A DNA stretch of 64,000 nt, from contig CAXXSR010000001.1 in the NCBI GenBank assembly GCA_963662615.2, forward strand, positions 96,001 to 160,000, in the 5' to 3' direction. The notes below the pieces were generated by a model. That model ran no database searches. It was not told the DNA's origin and was given only the letters and a program-made list of their open reading frames with translations. Each line of letters opens with the position of its first letter. The first letter of the stretch is position 1. Positions 9,981 through 20,782 of this stretch are shown here, piece after piece. Position numbers and translations under genes: made by a program. Origin of the DNA: Dehalococcoidia bacterium. GTDB lineage: Bacteria; Chloroflexota; Dehalococcoidia; Bin125.

Positions 9981-11036
9981 ATGCCTTTCTTCTACCGGCT
10001 TGACGAGTCGGATCCGGCGCTCAACGCACCCCGAACTGCGGCGAATCTCATCGATCTGCGTGTCCAGCTCGATCGCGACGTGCCCCCGAAGACCGTCCTT
10101 GAACGGCTCCTCCTGGCGACATGGAACATTCAGGCGTTTGGGACTACCAATCGCCTCGAAGAAAGCTACTGGTATATCGCAGAGATCCTGTCGCGATTCG
10201 ACCTGATCGCGATCCAAGAGATCAAAGGGGACCTCTCGGCGCTGGATCAAGTCCGCGCCCTCCTGGGGGATTGGTGGGACTACATCGTCACGGACGTGAC
10301 AGAGGGGAGCGCGGGCAACAACGAACGCCTGGGCTTCCTCTTCGACACGCGCAAGGTGGAGTTCGGTGGGATCGCTGGGGAGATCGTGCTCCCGCCGCTC
10401 AAGGACGCCAAAGGACGCTCTGTCGCACCGGATCAGATCTTTCGTACACCGTTCGTGGCCGGCTTCCGCGCCGGTTGGTTCGACTTCATGTTGGCGACGG
10501 CACACATTCGGTTCGGCAAGAACAAGCGCGCGGATCCGGCCCGGGTGATGGAGATCCGGCAGGTGGCGGATTTCTTGGCGAAGCGCGGGTCGCGAACGAG
10601 CACCTGGTCCCCAAACCTCGTTCTGCTGGGGGACTTCAATATCTTCGATGAATCCAGCCCGGCGATGGACGCGCTACTCGACGCGGGATTCACCGTCCCG
10701 CGGGCACTCTCACAGGTGCCGTCCTCGAACGTTGGAGCCCAGCCACGACGATACGACCAGATCGCGTTCCGGCTGAGCGGCCAGCCACAACTCCAGCCGA
10801 CACAGGCGGGAGTGCTGGACTACTTCGAGTCGGTCTACACGGACGACAAGTTCGGTTCCTATGCACCCGGCTTGACGAGGGCCGACGGATCGGTCCCGAC
10901 CGACAAGCGGCGCTACTACCAGAACCACTGGCGTCGTCGTGAGATGTCGGACCACCTGCTGCTGTGGGCTGAGATCCCGATCGAGTTTGCGGACCCTTAC
11001 CTGCGGAAACATGCGGACGCCGGGCCCTCCAGGTGA
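9981..11036 (+). CDS. Endonuclease/exonuclease/phosphatase (DNase I-like) family protein
   Basis: ATWNI, IAIQE, LGDFN, YDQI and MSDH motifs. Confidence 0.9.
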   Translation: MPFFYRLDESDPALNAPRTAANLIDLRVQLDRDVPPKTVLERLLLATWNIQAFGTTNRLEESYWYIAEILSRFDLIAIQEIKGDLSALDQVRALLGDWWDYIVTDVTEGSAGNNERLGFLFDTRKVEFGGIAGEIVLPPLKDAKGRSVAPDQIFRTPFVAGFRAGWFDFMLATAHIRFGKNKRADPARVMEIRQVADFLAKRGSRTSTWSPNLVLLGDFNIFDESSPAMDALLDAGFTVPRALSQVPSSNVGAQPRRYDQIAFRLSGQPQLQPTQAGVLDYFESVYTDDKFGSYAPGLTRADGSVPTDKRRYYQNHWRRREMSDHLLLWAEIPIEFADPYLRKHADAGPSR

Positions 11037-11090
11037 CGCGCGCTCGATCGCCGTCATCCCAACCCACGTGGTAGGGGGTCAAGTGTTCCG

Positions 11091-11888
11091 TCAGAGGACC
11101 GCGCCGTAGGCTTCCGTGAACGCGGCCTGCGCATAGTCGTTGGAGGCGGAGGCGAAACCCCGGTCGCCCCACGACGTCCCCCAGCTGTTGCGGACGATGA
11201 AGTGGTCCGGCGTATAGCCGACGATCGAGACGGCGTGCCCACCGCGTGCGGTGTTGGACTGGTAGACATCGAGTCGTCCCTTTGTCGCTCGTGCGCGGTC
11301 CCAGGTGCGATCGACGTTGAGACGCGCCAGGATGGGTCCCTGCTGTGCGAGCCACCGCCGCCAGTCTTGGAGATCGACGCCGAGGTTGTGATAGCTCGCG
11401 ATGCGAAGACGCGCTGCCTTGGTGTAGAAGGCGGCCACTGAGAGCTTGGCGAGCCCACCGTACAAGGGGAGATCTTCCTCAAGGACGCAGCCATACGTGC
11501 GGGCGACCGAGAGCGCGAGCTTTGTCTGCGTCCCGGCCGACTCGATAAAGGTCGTTGGGTAGGCCGTGATGTCGTCGGTTTCCTTGTTCGCCATCCAGAT
11601 GAAACGCGGTGCGGGACGGTCTCGCCCGCGGATCAGCTTCTCCTTGACGTAGTGCCAGTGCAGAACGCCGTCCGCCGCGGCGAAACCAACACACGCCCCG
11701 GTCGTGCCTTGGTTGCGTATCCGCCACCATGGCGCTCGGAGATCCCGCGCTTTGGGGATGCGGGTGCTTCTGGGCACGATCCCAGCCGATACGGCGTCGC
11801 CCAGGGTCCAATCGTTCTCCCGTCCTACGGATGAGACACAGTTGAGAACGAATTGACGGGTGCTCGGTTGCGTTCGAGCGGCGGGCAT
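11091..11888 (-). CDS. C1 (papain-like) cysteine peptidase
   Basis: NQGTTGACVGF, GGHAV and RNSWG catalytic motifs. Confidence 0.9.
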   Translation of the reverse strand: MPAARTQPSTRQFVLNCVSSVGRENDWTLGDAVSAGIVPRSTRIPKARDLRAPWWRIRNQGTTGACVGFAAADGVLHWHYVKEKLIRGRDRPAPRFIWMANKETDDITAYPTTFIESAGTQTKLALSVARTYGCVLEEDLPLYGGLAKLSVAAFYTKAARLRIASYHNLGVDLQDWRRWLAQQGPILARLNVDRTWDRARATKGRLDVYQSNTARGGHAVSIVGYTPDHFIVRNSWGTSWGDRGFASASNDYAQAAFTEAYGAVL

Positions 11889-12084
11889 CGCTGTCTCCGA
11901 TCTGTACAGCGCCAGGTAGGTGTGCCGGCAAGTCTAGCCGAAACAGTGCTCGCCAAAGAAACTCCATCAGTGACGCTTGGGCCCGGCGTTGTGAGCCGGA
12001 GGAGCGCCGACATGGACGAGCAGACGGGAGTCGCGGCGCGCGATCCGATCGCCACATCATCATCGACTCGACGGTGCTGGACAC

Positions 12085-12607
12085 AGTCGGCGGCGTAGCG
12101 ATGGACGCGGGAGTTGCCGTAGCCGTCGCTCACAAAGATGTCGCCGTTGGCCTGGGAGATGGCGCGGTCAGTGGGCTTGTTGAAGGGGTCGCCGCTCTGG
12201 GGTGGCGCCGGGTCGCCGCTGCCGAGCGTCATCACCGTCGTGCCCGCGCGGTCGGTCTTGGTCAGTTTGTGCGTGTGCACGTCCACGAGCCAGAGGTAAT
12301 CGTCGGGGTCGACGCGCACGGAGTGGGGCCAGCCGAAGCGGACACCGCGCTAGACCAGGCGGGTGACGCCATAGGGGTCGACGATCTCGTCCATGTCGCC
12401 GTGCGGCGTGTCGTTGCCCCAGTGGTCGATCATGTGGCCGTCGGCGTCGAATACCAGCATGGGCATGTTGCCCCGGTTGAAAACGTAGACGCGGTCCTGG
12501 GAGTCCACGGCGACCGCGGTAGCCTCGCGGAGCCAGAAGCCGTGTGGGATCTTGGCCCAGCCCGGTACCGGCTCGTAGGTCGTGGCGGTGGTGGGGGGTC
12601 CCGGCAT
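12085..12607 (-). pseudogene. NHL-repeat (peptidylglycine lyase-like) protein, in-frame TAG at 12350-12352 and 3'-truncated
   Basis: VAVDSQDRVYVFNRG, FNKPTD and VSDGYGNSRVH motifs. Confidence 0.8.
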
Positions 12608-12793
12608 GGTTCTCGTCCTCCCTGCTTGGTGGGCGCGCCCGTCGCTGCGCGGCTCGCTACGCAGGGTACTGCGTTCGCGCTTCTTGGAAACCGGCGGATC
12701 GAAGGCGCCCTGGACCAGAGCCGCGGAGGGAGGCGCCTCTCAGTCCCTGGCGCGACGATGGGTCTGGCGCGCGGGGCGTGTTCGGTCACTCTG

Positions 12794-12835
12794 TTGGATC
12801 GGATTTCGTACAGACCTGTCCGCCATAGGATTGGA
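12794..12835. repeat. 42-bp palindrome copy
   Basis: TTGGAT CGGATT TCGTAC AGACCT GTCCGC CATAGG ATTGGA. Confidence 0.65.
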
Positions 12836-13020
12836 CACAGTGTCGGCGGAAACGGCGCCGCTTCCAGAACCGCACTCCGTCGTGCCTGAGTTGGAACTGG
12901 ATGTTGGACCGCGTGGTGCGCTACCCCGACCGTGTGCCCAGGTTGGGGGCACAGCGCTTACGCTCTTGCTGGGACTCTGCACGGTCTCCACGACTGCCCA
13001 GCGGGCGCCCTTTCCAAAGC

Positions 13021-13062
13021 TGAATTTCTATCCGGGACCGGACTGGTCGATATTGACTCCGA
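13021..13062. repeat. 42-bp palindrome copy (degenerate)
   Basis: TGAATT TCTATC CGGGAC CGGACT GGTCGA TATTGA CTCCGA. Confidence 0.5.
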
Positions 13063-13200
13063 CTCGCCGTCCATGTACCGGCACTCCCAAATAACTCGGA
13101 TACGCCGCTACGCTCAAGGGGGCGCACGGCGCAACGGGTATCGGGGGGGCATGGCGAGTCCCACGGCCCCTGCCACGATTCGAGAGGGGAGCGAACGCGG

Positions 13201-13668
13201 ATGCAATGCCCGCGGGACGGCGCGGAGCTCCGGGTGGAGCATGTGCACGACATTGAGGTGGACCACTGCCCGCAATGCAACGGCCGCTGGCTGGACCACC
13301 ACGAGTTGGACGAACTCGAAGCGACGCGTGCCGGTGAGGATGAACGGCGCGGGATGGTCCAGTACGCCAAGCGCGACTCAGAGCTGGACTGCCCAATTTG
13401 CGGCGAGCGCATGACAGCATTCAACTATCGCGCCTACGACTTGGAGCTCGACACGTGCCGGAGCGAGCACGGCTTCTGGCTGGACGCCGGCGAGGACGGC
13501 CGGGTACGGGACGTCATCGACGAGCGGGTCCGCGGGCTGCAGCGCGCCGCCTCCGCGGAGGCGGCCTGGGCCGGCTTCCTCGATGGGTTGCGCGGTGGCG
13601 GTTCGGGCGGCGGTTCCGGCGGCGTCTGGAGCAGGGTGCGGTCATTCTTTGGCGGCCGTCGGCGCTAA
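13201..13668 (+). CDS. zf-TFIIB-like double zinc-ribbon protein
   Basis: CPRD, CPQCNGRWLD, CPIC and HGFWLDAGE motifs. Confidence 0.85.
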   Translation: MQCPRDGAELRVEHVHDIEVDHCPQCNGRWLDHHELDELEATRAGEDERRGMVQYAKRDSELDCPICGERMTAFNYRAYDLELDTCRSEHGFWLDAGEDGRVRDVIDERVRGLQRAASAEAAWAGFLDGLRGGGSGGGSGGVWSRVRSFFGGRRR

Positions 13669-13800
13669 AGCGAGAGGCATCGACGCCAAGCCCCCGAGAA
13701 CGGGATCCTCATGAGTCATTTCGGACCAGCACATTCCGCGGGCGGCTTTCCCAGGGCGCGCTCCATTTCGGACAGCCGCAGGGGGTCGATCATTTCAGAG

Positions 13801-13842
13801 TCGAACTCTGTCTCGGACAGGACTGTTCGACATTGAGACCGA
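13801..13842. repeat. 42-bp palindrome copy
   Basis: TCGAAC TCTGTC TCGGAC AGGACT GTTCGA CATTGA GACCGA, followed by flank CACGCCGTCG. Confidence 0.8.
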
Positions 13843-13918
13843 CACGCCGTCGCAGCGTGTACCCTCCTCAAAGTCTCACCGGGCCGACCTGGGAGTTTGA
13901 TCGAGCGGACGGCGCTCA

Positions 13919-15370
13919 ATGGCGTCCCCTGAGGCCGAGGAGCGATCGGCGATGGAACTAGATCCCATCGTCTTGCGACCGGCCCTGGAGATCGCCGCCC
14001 TGATCCGCGCCCGCCATCTTTCCGTGCAGGATGTGGTTCAGGCGCATCTCAACCAGATCGAGAAGATCAATCCCCTCGTCAACGCTATTTGCACGTTCAT
14101 TCCAGACGATGCCATGCGCGACGCCGCCGCAGCCGACGACGCCCTGGCCACAGGCGAGGCGATCGGTCCGCTGTTCGGGCTGCCGGTCGCCATCAAAGAT
14201 CTCGTTCCCACCAAGGGCATCCGCACGACGTACGGCTCCCCAATCTATGCGAACAACGTTCCGGACTGCGACGCGCTGCTCGTGGAGCGGTTGCGAGGCG
14301 CGGGCGCCATCATCGTCGGCAAGACCAACACGCCGGAGTTCGGCGCGGGGTCGCAGACCTTTAACAAGCTCTTCGGCGAGACGCTTAATCCTTACGACCT
14401 GACCAGGACCTGCGGCGGCAGCAGCGGCGGGGCCGCGGTCGCCCTGGCCACCGGCATGCTGCCCATCGCCGACGGATCGGACCTGGGCGGTTCGCTGCGC
14501 AACCCAGCGAGCTTCTGCAACGTCGTGGGGTTCCGTCCCTCGCCTGGACGCGTCCCCACCTGGCCCAAGTTACACGCGTGGTCACCGCTGGCGGTCCAGG
14601 GGCCCATGGCCCGGACCGTTCAGGACGTCGCCTTGATGTTGACGGCCCTGGCCGGCCCCGACCCGCGAGCGCCGCTGGCCAATCCCGAGCCCCCAGCGCG
14701 CTTCGCCGTCCCCCTCGACCGCGACTTTGCCGGGACCCGCATCGCCTGGAGTCGCACCCTGAATCGCTACCCCGTGGATCCGGTCGTCACCCAGACGATC
14801 GACGCGCAGCGCGCGACGTTCGAGCAGCTGGGCTGCGTCGTCGAGGATGCCGCCCCCGACGTCTCCAACGCGGACGAGATCTTTCAGGTCTTGCGTGCCT
14901 GGACCTTCGCCAACGCCTACGCGGACGACCTGCGGCGTCATCGTGCGCTGATCAAGGACACAGTGATCTGGAATACCGAGAAAGGGTTGGCGCTCGACGC
15001 GCTGACCATCGCACAAGCCGAGACCAAGCGAACCGATCTATACCACCGCGTGCGCGAGTTCATGGCGGACTACGAGTATCTCGTCCTGCCCGTGAGCCCC
15101 GTCCCTCCGTTCCCAGTGGAGCAGCGCTGGGTGACTGAGGTCGACGGGGTGCCGATGCAGACGTACATCGACTGGATGGCGCTCTGCTACGCCATCACGA
15201 TCACGGGGCTCCCGTCCATCTCCGTGCCTTGCGGATTCACGCCGGACGGCCTCCCCATCGGCGTGCAGATCGTCGGACGCCACCAGGCCGATCTCGAGGT
15301 GTTACAGCTGGCCCACGCGTTCGAGGCGGCGACGGGATTCGGGAAGCGGCGCCCGCCGATCCTCGGCTGA
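13919..15370 (+). CDS. Amidase signature family protein
   Basis: VAIKD, GKTNTPEFG, GGSSGG and GSDLGGSLRNPAS motifs. Confidence 0.95.
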   Translation: MASPEAEERSAMELDPIVLRPALEIAALIRARHLSVQDVVQAHLNQIEKINPLVNAICTFIPDDAMRDAAAADDALATGEAIGPLFGLPVAIKDLVPTKGIRTTYGSPIYANNVPDCDALLVERLRGAGAIIVGKTNTPEFGAGSQTFNKLFGETLNPYDLTRTCGGSSGGAAVALATGMLPIADGSDLGGSLRNPASFCNVVGFRPSPGRVPTWPKLHAWSPLAVQGPMARTVQDVALMLTALAGPDPRAPLANPEPPARFAVPLDRDFAGTRIAWSRTLNRYPVDPVVTQTIDAQRATFEQLGCVVEDAAPDVSNADEIFQVLRAWTFANAYADDLRRHRALIKDTVIWNTEKGLALDALTIAQAETKRTDLYHRVREFMADYEYLVLPVSPVPPFPVEQRWVTEVDGVPMQTYIDWMALCYAITITGLPSISVPCGFTPDGLPIGVQIVGRHQADLEVLQLAHAFEAATGFGKRRPPILG

Positions 15371-15476
15371 GGCGGCGTACGGGCATCGACGTCAGTGGGT
15401 CCTGCGACAGCGATCCGCTCTAGCCGACCGCGGGCGGCGTTAAAGGGAGCGGCGTGCGGTGTACATGGGTCGGATG

Positions 15477-15518
15477 TCGGACTCTATCTCGGACAGATCT
15501 GTCGGAGATAGAGTCCGA
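15477..15518. repeat. 42-bp palindrome, near-perfect copy (a degenerate copy follows at 15563-15604)
   Basis: TCGGAC TCTATC TCGGAC AGATCT GTCGGA GATAGA GTCCGA; one mismatch between arms; flank GACGCCGTCG. Confidence 0.9.
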
Positions 15519-15686
15519 GACGCCGTCGGCGGGGAGTCCCCGCACCACCGGGGCCTCCAAGGTCCTGTTCTCAGTCGGACATGCCACCCCGACATCGAGT
15601 CCAGTTGAACGGATCTTGACCGGCTCTGGTGCACGAGTTCATAATCCCGACGACGACCGCGGCGCAGACCCCTCAAACGAGGGGAG

Positions 15687-16061
15687 CTAGCTGTCGTGAA
15701 AAAACACTTGGACTAGCGGACTCCTCTGGACCCAACTGTTCTGTAGGTCCTTGTCAGTCACACTGTCGGCGAGCGTGGTCATGCCGCGCAGGATCCGGAG
15801 CCTCTCTTCGGGATCGATCACCGGGATTGCCGTGGCAGGCAGGTTTGCCTGCGCCGACCGCTTGAGATGGAACGTAAAGTTCGGATTGGCAAGAAGGTTC
15901 GCATACCAACTTCGATGTCCCGGACTCCCCGTGATGTAATAGCGCTGCGCCACGCGATGGAACCAGATCTCGATACGGCGGGGCTCTCCGCTCCGTCGTC
16001 CGGTGGTCGTGATATCTATCAGCCGGTCTTCGTGGAGCGCCGCTCTGATCGCGTCACCCAT
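15687..16061 (-). CDS. Deazaflavin (F420)-dependent nitroreductase family protein
   Basis: ITTTGRRSGEPR and WYANLLANP motifs. Confidence 0.85.
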   Translation of the reverse strand: MGDAIRAALHEDRLIDITTTGRRSGEPRRIEIWFHRVAQRYYITGSPGHRSWYANLLANPNFTFHLKRSAQANLPATAIPVIDPEERLRILRGMTTLADSVTDKDLQNSWVQRSPLVQVFFHDS

Positions 16062-16105
16062 GGTCGTCTCCCATGCCAGCCGTTGTAGTCTATTAGGTGC
16101 GCGTA

Positions 16106-16147
16106 CCCGACTCTAGGTCGGATTGATCTATCCGAAGAAGACTCGGA
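16106..16147. repeat. 42-bp palindrome copy
   Basis: CCCGAC TCTAGG TCGGAT TGATCT ATCCGA AGAAGA CTCGGA. Confidence 0.65.
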
Positions 16148-16177
16148 CGCAGCGGCCTGGCGCTCCTCGTGGGCCCT

Positions 16178-16300
16178 GGCTGCCGGCGGCGATCAGCCGA
16201 TGCACGCCGCTCTCCAAAGGCGATCTCTATCTCGGTCAGCACTGTTCTGCACCGCGTCGAGAACAGGACTGTGCGAGATCCAATATGGCGTAGTTTTCCG
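16178..16300 (+). repeat. ~125-bp repeat containing the 71-bp long palindrome (16219-16289)
   Basis: Homologous to 57258-57380 and partly to 53838-53917. Confidence 0.8.
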
Positions 16301-16301
16301 C

Positions 16302-16615
16302 GGGGACGGGGACGGCCCGTTGTTCCTCACGATCGACCGGCCCCAGAAACCGCGCGGGCCGATGAACAAGTACCTTCTCGGGACCCTGTTTACCCGGCTT
16401 GGGGAGCGGGCCGGCGTGCATGCCACCCCGGTTCGCTTCCGGCACACCTGCGCGACCTGGGCGATCGAGAACCACGCCGGGAACTCGACGTGCAGTTCCT
16501 GCTCGGCCACTCCCCGTCGGCGATGGTGCGCCGGTACTCCGCCACCTATGATGCGACGAAGGCCGCCGAGGCGCAGGCAGCGTTCACCCCGGCAGCGCGC
16601 CTGCTCGGAGCGTGA
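16302..16615 (+). pseudogene. Tyrosine recombinase C-terminal relic 2
   Basis: GPLFLT...RFRHTCATWAIENH / ELDVQFLLGHSPSAMVRRYSATYDATKA; frameshifted. Confidence 0.85.
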
Positions 16616-16699
16616 TCGCTCGGGAATGGCATCTATACTTGGCCGCAGCGTGAGAAGATCCGTGACGATGCTGCTGCCGCAGTGGAGAGAGGGCAAGCC

Positions 16700-17533
16700 A
16701 TGGTGACGATCGACGCCCAGGTTCATTCCTATGAACGCGACCATCCGGGTCGCCCCTGGGCCGGCGTGCTCCACGGCCCGCCGGAAGCCACCGGCGATCA
16801 GATGGTCGCCGCGATGGATGAAGTCGGAGTGGACGGCGCGATTCTGGTCTCACCGTTCACCATGTACCAATACGATGCGAGCTATGCGCTCGACGTCTAT
16901 GCCAAGCACCCGACGCGGTTCCGACTGATCAAGCCGGTGGACCCATCCGACCCCGCGGTGGCCGACACGATTGCCGACTGGGCCGCGACCACGGGTACCG
17001 TCGCCATTCGCATCATGCTGACCCGCGGCGCGTCTGAGGACCCCGCCGATCCAGGCCTCAACCACGTGCTGGCCACCGCCGCGCGCCATTCGCTGCCGGT
17101 CAACCTAGCGTGCTCGGGCCGGCTGGACCAAGTGAAGCAGATGGCGGCGCGCAACCCCAACACGACGCTGGTGATCGACCATCTAGGGCTGCAGCAGCCG
17201 TTCGATCCGCCCGCGCCAGCCAACCCGTTCGGCGACCTGCCGAGCGTTCTGGCCCTGGCGGAGTTGCCCAACGTCCGCATCAAGATCAGCGGCGCCTGCA
17301 CGCTGTCGCACCAGCCCTTCCCGTACAACGATCTCTGGGACCCGCTGGCGCGCATCTTCGACGCGTTCGGCATGAACCGCTGCCTGTGGGGCACGGACTG
17401 GACGCGCGCCACCGCCCTGCTCACCTACAAGGAAGGCGTTGAGGCGTTCCGAGTCAGCGACCGCCTGTCCGGCAGCGACAAGGCGGCGTTGATGGGCGGG
17501 ACCCTGCAAGAGGTCTACGACTGGAAGGACTGA
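16700..17533 (+). CDS. Amidohydrolase_2 family protein
   Basis: IDAQVH, VIDHLG, IKISG and WGTDW motifs. Confidence 0.9.
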   Translation: MVTIDAQVHSYERDHPGRPWAGVLHGPPEATGDQMVAAMDEVGVDGAILVSPFTMYQYDASYALDVYAKHPTRFRLIKPVDPSDPAVADTIADWAATTGTVAIRIMLTRGASEDPADPGLNHVLATAARHSLPVNLACSGRLDQVKQMAARNPNTTLVIDHLGLQQPFDPPAPANPFGDLPSVLALAELPNVRIKISGACTLSHQPFPYNDLWDPLARIFDAFGMNRCLWGTDWTRATALLTYKEGVEAFRVSDRLSGSDKAALMGGTLQEVYDWKD

Positions 17534-17781
17534 GCCGGGCGCTTTTCGCCGCCTGCGCCCCGCGGGGTTTTGGGCCGCCACACCACCTGGGAACGGGAAA
17601 GGCGCTGTCGGTTCATCGAAGAGATCGTGCCGGAGTGTTTCCAGGCCATCACCGATCACTGTCTCTGCGAACGCGGCGGCAGAACTCGCGCGGGTCAACG
17701 CCTACGCTATAAGCACCATCGCGCTGACGGACTGTCCCTCGGCGGCGAATTCCATCCATCGGGCGGACCGGAACGATATTC

Positions 17782-19608
17782 ATGCCTAGGCGCGACGATT
17801 TACGGAATGTGGCGATCATCGCTCACGTCGATCACGGAAAGACGACACTCATCGACGCCATGCTGCGCGAATCGGGGTCATTCGCCGCACATCAAGAGAT
17901 CGCCGACCGGGTGATGGACTCGATGGATCTGGAGCGCGAGAAGGGCATCACCATCCTCGCCAAGAACACTGCGGTTCACTACGGCAGTACCAAGGTCAAC
18001 ATCGTTGACACGCCGGGCCACGCCGACTTCGGTGGCGAAGTGGAACGTGGCCTGACGATGGTCGACGGCGCCCTCCTGCTCGTGGACGCGAGCGAAGGTC
18101 CACTCCCGCAAACGCGGTTCGTGCTGCGCAAGGCGCTGGAATCGCGCCTCGCGATCGTTCTCGTGATCAACAAGATTGACCGTCCCGACGCGCGTATCAA
18201 AGAAGTGGTCGACGAAGTCTACGAACTCTTCTTTGACCTCGACGCCGACCATTCGCAGATTAATTTTCCTATCGTCTATTGCAACGCCCGCGCCGGCACT
18301 GCGACGCTTGATCAAGCGACACCCGGCACGGACCTGCACCCCCTCCTCGACATCCTGCTGGAAACGATTCCGGCACCGACATTCACCGAGGGTTCGCGCC
18401 TGCAGGCGCTTGTTACCAACTTGGATGCCTCCCCGTATCTGGGGCGGATCGCAATTTGCCGGGTGTACGAGGGCACCATCCAGAAGGGGCAGATGGTCAC
18501 GCGCTGCCGCGCCGATGGGTCGCAGCAGCTCGTCAAGATCACTGAGCTGCTCATCACCGAGGCGCTGGAGCGAATCGACGCTGACCAAGCCGGCCCCGGG
18601 GAGATCATCGCGATCGCCGGAATCCCGGACATCACGATCGGCGAGACCCTGGCGGACGCAGAGAACCCGATCCCGTTGCCGGTCATCCGCATCGACGAGC
18701 CCAGTCTGGCGATGACGATCGGCGTCAACACCTCGCCACTGGCCGGCCAGGACGGCACGGAGCTGACCGGCCGATTGGTGAAGAGTCGCCTTGACGCGGA
18801 GGTTGTTGGCAACGTCTCCATTCGCGTCCTGCCTGCTGAGCCTCCCGATACCTGGATCGTGGAGGGTCGCGGCGAACTCCAGCTCGCCGTGTTGGTCGAG
18901 ACGATGCGCCGCGAGGGCTTCGAACTGACCGTGGGAAAACCCGAGGTCGTGACGCGCGAGATCGACGGCCGGCTCCATGAGCCCGTCGAGCGTCTCTCCG
19001 TCGATGTGCCGGAGGAGTACATGGGGGCGGTCACGCAGATCCTCGGTCCCCGCAAGGGGCGCCTGGAGCGGATGATCAACCATGGCAACGGCCGCGTGCG
19101 AACGGAATACATTGTCCCCGCGCGGGGTCTGATCGGCTTCCACACCGCCTTCCTCACGGAGACGCGCGGAACGGGAATTCTTCACCACGTCTTTGAGGGT
19201 TACGAACCTTGGTACGGCGACCTGCGACTCCGTCCCACCGCGAGCCTGGTCGCCGACCGCAGCGGAGCCAGCAGTGCCTACGCACTGCTCAATTTGCAGG
19301 AGCGCGGTGTCATGTTCATCGGCCCCGGCGTCGCCGTGTACGAGGGCATGATCATTGGCGAGAACGCGCGCTCGGACGATATGAATGTTAATCCGACCAA
19401 GGAGAGGAAGCAGTCGAACGTGCGATCCTCCACCAAGGAGGAGACGGCGAAGCTCATTCCTCCACGCCTGCTCTCGCTTGAACAAGCGCTTGAGTTCATC
19501 CGCGAGGACGAGTGTCTCGAGATCACGCCGCGAACGGTACGGCTCCGTAAGGTCGAATTGCGCCAGGGTGTGCGCGGACGAAAGCGAAGTGAGACGCGAG
19601 GACGTTGA
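17782..19608 (+). CDS. typA: Translational GTPase TypA/BipA
   Basis: [38 protein letters not shown] and [13 protein letters not shown] motifs. Confidence 0.97.
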   Translation: MPRRDDLRNVAIIAHVDHGKTTLIDAMLRESGSFAAHQEIADRVMDSMDLEREKGITILAKNTAVHYGSTKVNIVDTPGHADFGGEVERGLTMVDGALLLVDASEGPLPQTRFVLRKALESRLAIVLVINKIDRPDARIKEVVDEVYELFFDLDADHSQINFPIVYCNARAGTATLDQATPGTDLHPLLDILLETIPAPTFTEGSRLQALVTNLDASPYLGRIAICRVYEGTIQKGQMVTRCRADGSQQLVKITELLITEALERIDADQAGPGEIIAIAGIPDITIGETLADAENPIPLPVIRIDEPSLAMTIGVNTSPLAGQDGTELTGRLVKSRLDAEVVGNVSIRVLPAEPPDTWIVEGRGELQLAVLVETMRREGFELTVGKPEVVTREIDGRLHEPVERLSVDVPEEYMGAVTQILGPRKGRLERMINHGNGRVRTEYIVPARGLIGFHTAFLTETRGTGILHHVFEGYEPWYGDLRLRPTASLVADRSGASSAYALLNLQERGVMFIGPGVAVYEGMIIGENARSDDMNVNPTKERKQSNVRSSTKEETAKLIPPRLLSLEQALEFIREDECLEITPRTVRLRKVELRQGVRGRKRSETRGR

Positions 19609-19687
19609 TCCAGTCGGACTGACCCCAGCGGTGATCGTTGGTCAACTCAGGTACGGCTCATCAGGTAAGCGTGGTCGCGATGCAAAG

Positions 19688-19729
19688 TCCGACGCTACGC
19701 CGGCCAGATCTGTCCGACATACAGTTCAG
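19688..19729. repeat. 42-bp palindrome copy
   Basis: TCCGAC GCTACG CCGGCC AGATCT GTCCGA CATACA GTTCAG. Confidence 0.65.
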
Positions 19730-19857
19730 CAGTGGGCAGGGGACGCCGTAGCGAACCTCAGGGGCTTTGAGGAGCCGGTGCGGCCGTTCGAGGTGCGGCG
19801 TTCGAGGTGCAGTGGCGAGACATGCCTGAGGCGGTTGTGAGGGGGAGAAACGACGCC

Positions 19858-20724
19858 ATGACCACTGCCGAAGGCGTGACCCATCACGACGCGGAACTGT
19901 CTGCACTCCGCCTCCATTACGTCATTGCGGGCGCCGGCGACGATACCGTCGTCTTGCTGCATGGCTTTCCGCAGACCTGGTACGAATGGCGTCCACTTAT
20001 CCCGCTGCTGGCAGGGCGCTATCGCCTCGTCGCGCCGGATTTGCGGGGCCTCGGTGATTCCGGCCGGCCAGCGGACGGTTACGACAAGAAAACCGTGTCC
20101 TCCGATATCGCCGAGCTTATGCGCGATCATCTCGACTGCAGGAGGTTCTTCCTTGTCGGCCATGACTGGGGTGGAGCGGTTGCCTTCCAGCTGGCCATGC
20201 AACAGCCGGACGCGGTCCGGCGTTTGGCGATTCTCGACGTCATGATTCCGGGTGACGGTTCTGACCTCTTCGCCACTTCGAGAGGACGCTGGCACCATGG
20301 GTTTCATCGCACGCCTAACCTGCCGGAAACCTTGATCGAGGGCCGTGAGCGCGCCTATCTCAACTATTTCTTTCGCCACTTCGGCGCCCGCCCCGACGCG
20401 GTCCCGGCTGAGGCGGTGGACGAATACGTTCGCTGCTATTCGGCGCCCGGCGCGATGGCGGCCGGCCTCGCCTACTATCGCGCCACGCCGCAAGATATTG
20501 CCGACAACGAGGAGGCGATCGCTCGCGGCAAATTGCAGATGCCGGTTCTGGCGCTGGGCGGGGCCAAAGGCATGGGGCGAGGCAAGCTGTGCATTGAATC
20601 GATGGCCCGGGTTGCCGAGGACGTCCGCGGCGGGACCGTGGAGTCAGCCGGCCACTGGATTCCGGAGGAGGCGCCGGACGAGCTTGCTACGCAGTTGCTG
20701 GCATTTTTCGGCGAGGCGACATGA
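19858..20724 (+). CDS. Alpha/beta hydrolase, epoxide hydrolase-like
   Basis: LHGFPQTWYEW, GHDWGG and GHWIPEE motifs. Confidence 0.9.
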   Translation: MTTAEGVTHHDAELSALRLHYVIAGAGDDTVVLLHGFPQTWYEWRPLIPLLAGRYRLVAPDLRGLGDSGRPADGYDKKTVSSDIAELMRDHLDCRRFFLVGHDWGGAVAFQLAMQQPDAVRRLAILDVMIPGDGSDLFATSRGRWHHGFHRTPNLPETLIEGRERAYLNYFFRHFGARPDAVPAEAVDEYVRCYSAPGAMAAGLAYYRATPQDIADNEEAIARGKLQMPVLALGGAKGMGRGKLCIESMARVAEDVRGGTVESAGHWIPEEAPDELATQLLAFFGEAT

Positions 20725-20782
20725 GGCTAGTCGGCCAGTAGATCCGCGAGCGGCGGCCTGTCCGAGCACGAAGGAGTGAACG

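Noticed and set aside
910-12352. Stop-codon recoding (TGA at 910, TAG at 4550 and 12350)
   Set aside because: Many intact genes end normally in TGA or TAG, and neighbouring genes carry frameshifts and truncations, so pseudogenisation or sequencing error is simpler.
15477-15518. Palindrome as dif, parS or LexA box
   Set aside because: The ACATA-containing arms face the wrong way for dif, there is no TGTTTCACGTGAAACA parS match, and the GAAC/GGAC spacing is N6 rather than the N4 of Gram-positive-type LexA boxes.
17878-19485. Long antisense or alternative-frame ORFs (e.g. 17878-19485, 23879-25129, 38156-39544, 60226-61293)
   Set aside because: These are shadows of real genes in high-GC DNA, with no recognisable motifs.
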